DNA from: the human T2T-CHM13v2.0 reference genome, Homo sapiens
Assembly: GCF_009914755.1 (NCBI RefSeq)
Contig: NC_060931.1
Reading direction: 5' to 3' (one strand)
Length of the DNA: 64,000 nucleotides
This document shows positions 1 through 15,628 of the stretch, piece after piece (the first letter of the stretch is position 1; every line of letters starts with the position of its first letter). Both the position numbers and the translations under genes were made by a program. The notes below the pieces were generated by a model, which was not told the DNA's origin, made no database searches, and saw only the letters and a program-made list of their open reading frames with translations.

Positions 1-470
1 ATAAAATAGTTCTATCACCGCCCAAATTCTCCCACACTCCATTGTGATCAACTCTTCCTCCACCAGGAGACCCTGGCAGTCACAGATCTGTTTTCTGTCC
101 CTATAGTTTTGCATTTTCTAAAATATCTTATGAATGGGATCCTAAAGTATTTAGCCTTTGAATCTGGCTTGTTTCAGTTCTCGTAATGCATCTGGTACTC
201 ATCTCTTTGTTGCACATATCAGTACTTTGTTCTTCTTTATTCATAAGTAGTATTTTATTGTGTGCATGTACCACAGCTTGTTATTCTATTCCCCAGTTGA
301 AGGGCATTTGGGATTGTTCCAGTTTTGGCCATTTGCAAATAAAGATGCTAGAAACATTCACAAATATGTTTGCACATGAACATAAGCCTTTATTTTGCCC
401 AGTTACATGCTTGGAGTAGACTTTCTGGTAAGTGTATGTTTATTTAACTTTATAAGAAACTTATAAGAAA
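1..470 (-). mobile_element. Old L1M 3' region fragment
   Basis: Resembles antisense L1M 3' end (…ctgttttctgtccctatagttttgc…, ggattgttccagttttgg). Confidence 0.7.
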
Positions 471-582
471 CCTCAAAGTCCTCAGGGAAATAATCAGAAA
501 CTTAGCTTGCTATACCTAACAAAACTATCATTTGAGGTAGGGGGCAGAGGGATAATGGCAGTTTTAGACATGCAAGCCATTC

Positions 583-1466
<884 letters not shown>

Positions 1467-1869
1467 TAAGGGCTCAAGAAGTTTACCACTTACCAAAGCT
1501 CTTTGAGAGAATCTAAAAAGGACACATTCCAGGGAGAAAAGTAAATCTGAGAAGAAGTAGAATATTAGGAGTGATAATGAACAAATAAGGTGGTAAAACA
1601 TATTGGTTAGTGTAAATGAATGTTGAATATTTTGAAAAGCAAAGAAATGTGGAATTGAAATCCCAAATTATAAGAGCATGGAAAGCAGTGTAGGAGCAGA
1701 GGGGATTAAAAACCTGTTAAAGTTACTGCTTTGTCTCATAAACAGATACAGAAACATATTAACTACAGACCTTGTTGCAGAATTTTTATATTTGGAACAT
1801 GTTCAGGTTTTACAGCACCTTCTTACCCCCTTTTCATTGAACTCTTGAAGATCTACTTCTGCTCCCACC

Positions 1870-2790
1870 AAAACAGAATCATCTTTGAGTTCTTACTCTC
1901 CTTGAACTTCGCTGGTATTGACTGTTCGGTTTACTTCCACCTTCTTTAACCACTCTCTTCTTTTGAATTCAATAAACAACACACTCCTGCTTATTTTTTC
2001 TGGCTCTCTTCTTCTTAGACCTCTTTGCCAACTTGCCTTCCTCCACCTGTCTTTAAACCTTGGATTTCCTCAATCCTTGGTCCTAGCACTTCACTACCTC
2101 CCACCTTATTCTCCCTCCTTAGGTAAGTTCATCCAAGCTCATCAGCTCACATACCAACTATAGCACTTGCAGATGACTCACAATTTTACATCTCCAGCCC
2201 ACATCACTCCTTTGAGTTTCAAACCTATGTATTCAACAGCCTATTCATTGTATTTTCCTGGAGTTTTTTCAAAGGTGCTTCATACTCAGTAGGTTGAAAA
2301 CAGAACGCTTTTTTCTTCATTGACCCTATTTTCCCTGCCTTACTCCTGGCTCTCCTTTCTTAACATAAATGACACTGCCATCCAACAGTTGCCCAAGCAA
2401 GAACCAAGGAATTATCCTTGATACTTCTTTTTCTCTTCCACCACATCCAGTCAATCACCAGTTTCTCTTATTGTACCACCTGTTATCCCACAAATCTACT
2501 CACATCATTGTGTGTCCACCTCTGCCACCATTCCTGACCAAACTCTTGCCTCTTTCATTGGTCTCTACCTTGTTTCCCTATGTTTATTTTGTCTTCTCTC
2601 TCCATTCCCCATGCTGTGGTCAGAATGATATATTAATATGAACCTGATCTTGTTACTCTGTTCCTTCAAATCCATTAGTATATTAGTCTGAGTAACCAAA
2701 TCCTTAATATAAACAGCAGGGTTTGTGTAATTCAGTTCCTTCCCTTATCTACCTAAATTTTTTCTTCCATCTCTTTCCCTCTGACGTCCA
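1870..2790 (+). mobile_element. L2 ORF2 relic
   Basis: gcagatgactcacaattttacatctccagc (RT ADD region) in pyrimidine-rich L2-like sequence. Confidence 0.8.
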
Positions 2791-2804
2791 GCCACAGCCA
2801 CTTT

Positions 2805-3082
2805 GGTATATTGGTTACGTTCTTAGTTTCCCGGATCAGATACCTGAGTTTGAATCTTAACTTTTCACTTACTAGGTATGATCTTAGACAAGTTCTTAAA
2901 CAAAACAAAACTTTTATTAATGGACAAGTTCTTGAACCTATGCATCAGTGTTCTCATCTCTGAAATGCAGTTATTAGTCTCAGCTTCTTAGGGGATTTGT
3001 GTGAATTAAATGAGATGAAACGTGTGCGGTGGTAGCACAGTGACTGACAGTTAATAAGCCCCCAGTAAATGTTAGATTATTT
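2805..3082 (+). mobile_element. MIR
   Basis: Core cagtgttctcatctctgaaatg and tail aaatgagatg…agcacagtg…taaatgttag. Confidence 0.85.
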
Positions 3083-3329
3083 GCTTAACGAACCACCTCC
3101 CTTCTTGTCTCTGGGAATTCTCGTTGCTCTCCCCACTTATACAGGATACCCACCCGCTTGCTTCCCTTGCTTAGTACTGACTTATCCTTCTGCAGCAAAG
3201 GACCTTACATCCCAGCTGGCTCAGGACAGACCCAGTTTATGTCTGTTGTAGATCAGTTAACATTTACTGTTTTTAGGTATCCCCTTTTACTACTGGTTTG
3301 TGAAATAAATTAGATGATCACCCTTTTGT

Positions 3330-3780
3330 GCTCAGTTCAAGAGTAACCTTTTTTAGGAAACCTTCTTTGATTCCTACAAGGACAGGTCGTCTATTACTTG
3401 TTCTTACAGCACATCCTGTAACTTTTTTTTGCCATAGTTACCACGATTACAGTTAAAACAGTTCATTGCATAACTAGTTCCTTGAGGTTTGTTTCTCCTA
3501 TTGGGCTCTAGGCCCTTGGAGGACTGGGACCTCAAGGCGGGGGGTGTCTTGCCTTACCCCTGAGTTCTCAGCATTGGTCTTATCCAAGTCATTACTCAGT
3601 ATATTTAGAGGAGACAAGAAACACTGAACAGGATCTGGTTTGGACTTCGTGTCTGTTTCTGACTTTAAATGTCAAGTCACTTCCTCTCACTGTCTCTTCA
3701 TTTCTTCATCTTGTAAATTCAGAAAATTAAGCTTAATGTTCTCTAGAATTCCATCGGCCTCTACATTGTGTGAGTCTAGC
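3330..3780 (+). mobile_element. L2 3' end followed by MIR fragment
   Basis: Degenerate L2 3' motifs, then MIR core-like caagtcacttcctctc…ttcatcttgtaaa. Confidence 0.55.
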
Positions 3781-5030
3781 CCATCAGGGACATTTTTTAA
3801 ACCAATTTTTAAATATTTATAGTCACAAATTTAAGAAGGAAATGGAATCAATGTACATCTCCCCAAAGACAGAGTAAAATACTTTGTTGCTCATTGAATG
3901 AAGCTCTGGTCATTACCCTTTTTGTTATTATGATTCCTAATTTGTAAGCTCTGATGTTATCCCTTCTTTCTCAATATAGCTGAGACAAATGTGTAGTCTG
4001 TATGATCATATCATTGCTGTTATACCTATTTACAAGTTTAAGACTGAGTCAATAGAAAAAAATCCAAGTGAAGATTGTTTAAAATAAACTTGTGTTTCTC
4101 CAGGAAGTTAACTAATCAAACACTTTTCGTTGTAGATGTTGTCATTCAGTACAAAATAATCCCTGAGACAGTCTCATGAAAAACCTAATGCATTTTTTGG
4201 TGAGTTTTATAATGAGATTAAGAAGAAATTAAGAGCAGGAAGTGAAATTATAACGCCAGTGGGAAATCTTTGAAACCATTTTATAGTTTTTTCCTTCTTA
4301 TGTAATATGTCTGTGAGATTGGGCAGGTTTTTGTTTGCTTGCTTGCTTATTGTTTGTGTTTATAATGTGGAGGAATCAGCTGAACTTGACTTATCCCTTT
4401 ACAACTGATCCATGCCTACACAGTAGTTGCTTGGAGCTGAAAGCAGGAACACATGGACCCTGAGGCATAGCTGCTCTGAAGTCCTGGCGGCCTCTGGGAG
4501 GGCTTATCCATGATATGGGACACAGGGTCTCCTGAGGTCTTGGAGGAGTTTTCCTGGTAACTCTGAGGAGTGGCGGGTCATGGTGTGGTGACCATTGGTC
4601 TAACCTGAAGGACTATAGGAATGAGGGCAGGGAGAATTGTAGGGAGGCAGCCAATACTGCTGGTGAGAATGAAAACATCCTCAGAGTGGCTTCCATACCC
4701 ATCCTGTTTCTGTAGTGCCCAGTTATTGTGAATACCCATCACACGTTATTCTATCACAGCAAGCAGCTCATCTACCCTACTGCACCCCCAAGTTCTTGAA
4801 GTGTCTCTCTGTTTCTTGCCCTTACTGGAGGTAAGCCAACATGAAAGATGAAAGCTGTGTTTATACTTCTACTGCAAACTCTTGAGGAAAAAAACAGAGG
4901 CATTAGCCAAAAGAGATAGGACATACAGGCAAAGAAGAAAGATGAGCTGGAAACCAGTACCTAAATAAGTCCAAAAGCAATCTATTTATAGATCCCAGAG
5001 TGAGATCAATAAAGGAGATGATGTGGAGAA

Positions 5031-5205
5031 ATATATATATATAATATATATATTTATATAATATAATATATAATAATATATATTAAATATATATTAAATA
5101 AATATTAAATTTATATATAAATTTGTTATTAAATAAAATTTATATTAAATAAAAATTAAATTTATATTAAATAAAAATGTAATATATATTTTTATAATAT
5201 ATAAT

Positions 5206-5265
<60 letters not shown>
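5031..5265. repeat. AT-only low-complexity tract ending in (AT)24
   Basis: Read directly; pure (AT)24 at 5217-5264. Confidence 0.97.
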
Positions 5266-5270
<5 letters not shown>

Positions 5271-6180
5271 CAGAAAGCTCTAAGTATGCACAGATCACAC
5301 TTTTGCCAAAATAGGCACCTACAATGAGGGCCCCATCCCCACCCTTGAGGGTTTGGAGTGATCTTTGGGTAAAAGCTCTATTCTAACTCTTGAAATGGTT
5401 AAACTTTTTCTAGATGCATCTTTTAATATTACTTCCTCTTTTATTCCTTTTTTCTATTTTTTTTAAATAAGCATCTTTGCTTTACTTCTTTTAGCTATGA
5501 AGCAGCTCTTGCTGATAGTAAATAAATACTTAAAGTATGAAGATACTTCCTTGTAGCATTTGACCAATTTGTAAGGCAGCGGTTCCTCAATTTCAGTGAT
5601 GCACCAAGCTTTTCCGAAAATGAGTTCCAAAGGGAATTGATTTTTATCTGCACTACTCTCATCCTACAGACAGGATATTGACTACACTTGATAGAATGGA
5701 AGTGTAAATCCAGAATGAAGCATTGCAGGAACAAATCCCATGGGGGTGGTTCATGATCAACAGAATCATTCATTGGACGGAAAGATCGGAGAGCTAGACA
5801 GTGTCAATAGAGACAAAAGGGGAAATAAAAGCATTCATTTCCTGAAAGAGTCTTTTCCTGGAAGGTTTTTGTTGACTGGCTCTTCCTTTTAGTATACTCT
5901 CTATTCCTAGTTGTTTATCAGCTTATGTGAGAACCTTAAAACTCATAATCATTTATAATCAATGTTTAAACATGGAAAAATAAAAGTACATACCATAGGC
6001 CCCGCCGGCCTGTTATTACATGAGTTTATTAACATTCACTGTGAGATGCCTTGGTATAGACTTACCCCTTTTTATTTCTGTCTCATGTTGTTTTGGATAT
6101 TCTGCTTTGCTAATGCATTAGGTAGTTTCGTCTTGCTCTGCAAAGACAAAAGCTCAGTCATTGACCTGGAGGGCCCAAAA

Positions 6181-6199
6181 CTGCGCCCCCTGCTGCCTT
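6181..6199 (-). promoter_or_regulatory. Candidate CTCF site
   Basis: Minus strand AAGGCAGCAGGGGGCGCAG; one core mismatch to CCAGCAGGGGGCGC. Confidence 0.55.
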
Positions 6200-6619
6200 G
6201 TGTATTTGGTGGCTGGCATAGTCAGTTCATTATGTGGCAGGCAAAAGTTTGCATTCCAAGGGCGGAAGACATACACATTGGTTTTGTTTGAGAATTATAT
6301 CATAAAACTGAGTTCTAAGTACTTCTTGAACATTGAGATTATTATTGATGAACTGATTATAAAGTATTCTTAAATATAAACCCAAAGCAAATTTTATTAA
6401 AAATAAATAGAAATTTGATTAAGAATAAGAGATAATTTCTAATAACTTTTTGGTAGGTGACAGCAGGGAGATTTGTTTGATCATGGAGTTTTTAAATGCT
6501 TTTAAGTCTTGAAGTCCATTAAGGCATAGAAGAGAGAATAGGAGAAAAAAACATCTCTGAATGGCACAGACCGATCACATGTTGATTGAAGCACAGTCAA
6601 TGTGTATACTGAAATTGTG

Positions 6620-7080
6620 AGTCAAGAGCTATATCACTAAAAGATAAGGGAAAGACAGCATCAGAAATTGACTACAACAACGAAGGTGTAGTGGGAGATA
6701 AAGTTAGACGACATGAGATTCAGTGTTACAGATGGAGGCAATTTGAGAAGAGGCGGGTGGAGTGTAGTGAGCATGGTAATGAGAAGGAAGGAGGGCATCT
6801 ACCCCACGTCCAAGTCCAAAGCAGGGTGGGAGAGACCTAGAGAGGGCTGCTAGGGCATGAGTGTCAGCAGGGGAGGACCAGCCTTCCTGTTGAGCAAGAA
6901 GAAGAAACATTTAGAGGAGAGGGTGACAATACAGGGGCCTTTGCTGAGGCTGGTCTTTGAGTCACAGAAAGCAGAATGGAAGTGGTTAAGGAGTTTTGGT
7001 TTGGTGAGGGATGTAGTGTGGAGTAAGAGCTGTTCATGGCTGTCTGGGGATTCATATACAGGAGATGAGGGATGAATTGA
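6620..7080 (-). mobile_element. L2 fragment
   Basis: gcatctaccccac…gagagggctgc…gagcaagaag motifs of antisense L2. Confidence 0.65.
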
Positions 7081-7117
7081 GATTCTAAGACTTTATTCCA
7101 TAAATACGGACAAAGGG

Positions 7118-7309
7118 CAGTGATGTGTTGTTCAGTGTTTGATAACTATAACTGGCTCTTGGCAGGGAAGAGCCCTGATGTGTAGCTTTTGCCAATTTTC
7201 ATGGTGTGAATACTCCCACCACAGTGTATTCCAGGTGACCAACATGACGTCTTTCTATAAGGAGTTGGACAGAGATCCACAAGATTGGCTCTGTGTTCAG
7301 CACGCATTG
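7118..7309 (+). mobile_element. MER63A-like hAT DNA transposon
   Basis: CAGTG…CATTG termini; gccctgatgtgtagc…ggtgtgaatactcccacca internal motif. Confidence 0.75.
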
Positions 7310-7559
7310 GGTAAAGGGCATGGCTGGATTAATGCTGGTAGACTCAAGCCAATCATTAGGCAAGGCTGTGAGTGGTAGGGAGTAGAGGGCATTTGGTATC
7401 CTTCCTGACCCCTGTGGATAGAAGCATAGTGACCTGAGGAACAATAGTCTTCTTGGTGTGTGGGCCATATAAAAACAAGCCTGCATCAAATTCTGTACAT
7501 GGGTTAGAGTTTGCTAGCCACGGCTGTAAACCTTCTCATGCCCGTGAGCCATCTCCACG

Positions 7560-8020
7560 TGTGAATCTAACAGATATCTCCAATGTTGATCTCCCTCCAT
7601 GCCCCAAACCTGCTCCACCCATAGTCTATATCATATCATTTCATGGCAGCTTTATCTTTCAAATGGTTCAGGCCAAAACCTTGATCTTTCACCCATAGCC
7701 ACAGAAAAACCTGTTAGCTTTCCTTTCAAAAGCTATTCAAAATCCAACATTTAGCTGTTTTCACTGCTACCACTTTGGACCAAGTGATGGTCGTCTACAA
7801 CTGGAATTATTATAACAGCTTCTGGTCTGTGGTCTAGTCTTTTTGCTTGCTTGTATTCAACACTTAGCTAATCTTTTTTTAGAATGTAAGTTAGATCATG
7901 TCAGTCTTCAAAATCAGAAATTTCCAGTTTCCTGTTTCATTCACATTAAATGCTGGAGTACTTAAAGTGGCCTACAAAAGTCTACATAATATGCTCCCCA
8001 TTACCTTTCTTCCTCCCCCT
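7560..8020 (+). mobile_element. L2a fragment 1 (continues at ~9428-9610 and ~14010-14205)
   Basis: caaacctgctcc…caggccaaaacc…ttagatcatgtc…tggcctacaa. Confidence 0.75.
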
Positions 8021-8025
8021 ACTCC

Positions 8026-8332
<307 letters not shown>

Positions 8333-8489
8333 TAATTGGGTTGTTTTTTGCTTGCTGATTTATCTAACTTCCTTTTATACGTTCCTTATATGTTCTGAAT
8401 ATTAGACATTTGTTGAATGCATAGTTCCTGAATATTTTCTCCCATTCTGTAGGTTGTCTGTTTGCTCTATTGAGTTTCTTTTTTTGTGG

Positions 8490-8775
8490 CACTATCACAG
8501 CTGACTGCAGCCACAAACTCCCAGGCTCAAGCGATTCTTCCACCTCAGCCTCCCAAGTAGCTGGGACTACAGGTGCATGCCATCACACCTGGCTAAATTT
8601 TGTATTTTTTTGTGGAGACGGGGTCTCACTATGTTGCCACCTGGCTAAATTTTGTATTTTTTTGTGGAGACGGGGTCTCACTATGTTGCCCAGACTGGTC
8701 TCAAACTCCTGGGCTCAAGTTATACTCCTGCCTTGCCCTCCCAAAGTGCTGGAATTACACGTACCACACCTGGCC
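8490..8775 (-). mobile_element. AluJ carrying a perfect 52-bp tandem duplication
   Basis: Antisense Alu; 8586-8637 is identical to 8638-8689. Confidence 0.9.
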
Positions 8776-8783
8776 TCTTCTAG

Positions 8784-9081
<298 letters not shown>

Positions 9082-9761
9082 CTCTTCTAATATTTTTTAA
9101 GCTTGAGGTCTTATATTTAAGTCTTTAAACCATCTTGAGTAAATTTTTGTATATGATGATAGAAAGGAGTTCAATTTTATTCTTCTGCATATGGATATCC
9201 CATTATCCTAGCAACATTTATTGAATAGGGAATCTTTACTCCATTGCTTATTTTTGTTGACTTTGTTGATCAGATGGTTGTAGGTGTGTGGCTTTATTTC
9301 TGGGTTCTGCTCCATTGGTCTGTGTGTCTACTTTTGTATTCATACCATGCTATTTTAGTTTCTTAGGCCTTGTAGTATAGTTTGAAGTTGGGTAATGTGA
9401 TGCTTCAACTTTGTTCTTTTTGCTTCTCTAACCTCATCTTTTACCTACTTCTGTTCCCTGGACATACCAAGGATTCCTGCACCTCTTGGCCTCTGGGATG
9501 TTTGTTTCTTATGACTTCTTCAAGAAATCTGGGTGGCTAATTTTGTACTTTTTTCAAATATCCTTTTCTTAGTGAAGACTTTTCTGGCCACCCTACTTAA
9601 ACCCTTGGAATTTCCAACTCTCCCACAGGGATTCTGCTCTGTGTGCGAAGGGGTATGTGTGTATGTGTGTGTGTGTGCATGTAGGTGTGTACACTATTTT
9701 TATTTAACATACGATATGCATCTTTGGCCCTGGATTCTTCTTTTTTAGATGTTAATATTGT

Positions 9762-10117
9762 TGTATTAGTCTGTTCTAACACTGCTAGTAAAGACATACC
9801 CAAGACTGGGTAATTTATAAAGGAAAGAGTTTTAATGGACTCACAGTTCCACATGGCTGGGGAGGCCTCACAATCATGGCTGAAGGTGAATGAGGAGCAA
9901 AGTCAGGTCTTACATGCTGGCAGACAAGAGAGCTTGTGCAAGGGAATTCCCATTTATAAAAGCATCAGATCTCGTGAGACTTATTCACTACCACAAGAAT
10001 GGTATGGGGGAAACCACCCCCGTGATTCAATTATCTCCACCTGGCCCTGCCCTTGACACACGGGGATTATTAAAATTCAAGGTGAGATTTGGGTAGGGAC
10101 ACAGCCAAACCATATCA
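9762..10117 (-). mobile_element. THE1B-type solo LTR
   Basis: tgtattagtctgttct…ccaaaccatatca; perfect 5-bp TSD ATTGT (9757-9761, 10118-10122). Confidence 0.92.
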
Positions 10118-10189
10118 ATTGTTAAATGTAAAGACAGTGTTTATGAATTGAAAGATTCAATATGTGAATATATATTTTATATCTTAATG

Positions 10190-13100
<2,911 letters not shown>

Positions 13101-13189
13101 TAGTGATTTTAAAATACAGGTTTGCATCTTTTAATTATTGTCAAGTAACTATTTGCATATGAATGTCAAGAAATGGAACCTGTGGCATC

Positions 13190-14005
<816 letters not shown>

Positions 14006-14009
14006 TCTT

Positions 14010-14205
14010 AACTGTCCATTTCTTTCAATAACACTTAATGTCTTTTGACATATCATACTTACTTACAGTGTATATTATGTGTCTCCCATCACTAAAATAT
14101 AAGCTCCAAAGATCATGTGCTTTTTTTTTATATTTTTATCCCAAGTATCTAGAACAGAACATGGGACATAGTAGGCACATAATAATTACTTGTTGAATGA
14201 ATACA
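14010..14205 (+). mobile_element. L2a 3' end
   Basis: taagctcc…acatagtaggcac…ttgttgaatgaat. Confidence 0.85.
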
Positions 14206-14291
14206 TTGAATCTATGAATGCTGCAGCCAAAAGATAGCTTTCTATTTATTGATTAACTTTCCTTTCACATGAATTGGATTAGAACAAACAG

Positions 14292-14550
14292 AGGTATAAC
14301 ATTTTTTTCCGAACCTCTTGGGACCAGATATGTTTTAGAATTCTGAGTTTTTATTTTTCATATTTTGGAAAGATTATACAGTCCCTATACTGTATGTAGC
14401 CCAGTATCACAAGAATGGTCTCTGAGAGCATAACATAATCAAATGTTTTAATGTTCTGCAGTGAAAAGTAAATGGGAGAAGAACAGACTCTAAACAGCCT
14501 TATATCAGTTAAAGTAGTTGTTTAGTTGGTAGAATTTTGAAGTATCTGCC
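14292..14550 (+). mobile_element. MER46C-like TcMar-Tigger element
   Basis: ggtataaca…cttgggaccagatatgttttagaattc…ttttggaaag. Confidence 0.65.
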
Positions 14551-14619
14551 TGTCAGACGACCAGTGAAGATTATGATGCTAAAAATTACACATCAGCATT
14601 TACAAAAATGGTTTACCTC

Positions 14620-14790
14620 TCTCTACCACTCTGTGAGATGATAGGCAACCCAGGTATTATTATACCCATTTCACAGATGATATTATGGAGGCACCAGAAA
14701 ATGGGACTCTCACCCCATGGCTTACTAAACAGCAGAGCTGACACACAAATCTTGTCTTTCGATTCTGTCCAGTGCTTTTCAACTATGCCA
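14620..14790 (-). mobile_element. MIR
   Basis: ggtattattatacccatttcacagatga. Confidence 0.75.
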
Positions 14791-14963
14791 CAGTTGCTTC
14801 TTATTGAGGAAAGCAGCAATTTTTGAGATTTGTAAATTAACATTTCCAGAGGGGAAGAAAACTCCTCTATAATGAAGCTGTCACAAATCATGCACTGTTG
14901 TCCTGGTATCTGGAACAAAGCTAATGGCAGCGTTCCCACGGAGGCGCTCGTATGCACTGAACT

Positions 14964-15089
14964 GTCCAGGGTCAGAACTCACGTGTCTGCTGCAGAGACA
15001 GTGCCGAGCCTGCAAGCACAGGGCAGTCCAGCGTCAGAACTCATGTGTCTGCTGCAGAGACAGTGCTGAGCCCCCATGCATGGGGCAGT
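14964..15089 (+). repeat. 62-bp tandem duplication (2 copies)
   Basis: gtccag(g/c)gtcagaactca(c/t)gtgtctgctgcagagacagtgc(c/t)gagcc at 14964 and 15026. Confidence 0.9.
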
Positions 15090-15243
15090 GAGCCTTCAGC
15101 ACGGCTGGCCTTTCCTTCCTGTGTTCTTCCTTTCTTGAGAATTTTTTTCTTTTTACATCAGCTTCATAGAGCTGCCTGTTATACTCCAACCTGCTCTCCT
15201 CTCTCAGAAGGGGGGATCTCAAATCAAGCGTTTGGATTTACAG

Positions 15244-15628
<385 letters not shown>

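Noticed and set aside
9853-9865. PRDM9 hotspot motif in THE1B
   Set aside because: Reads CCTCCCCAGCCAT on -, the ordinary consensus form rather than the hotspot-associated CCTCCCTAGCCAC
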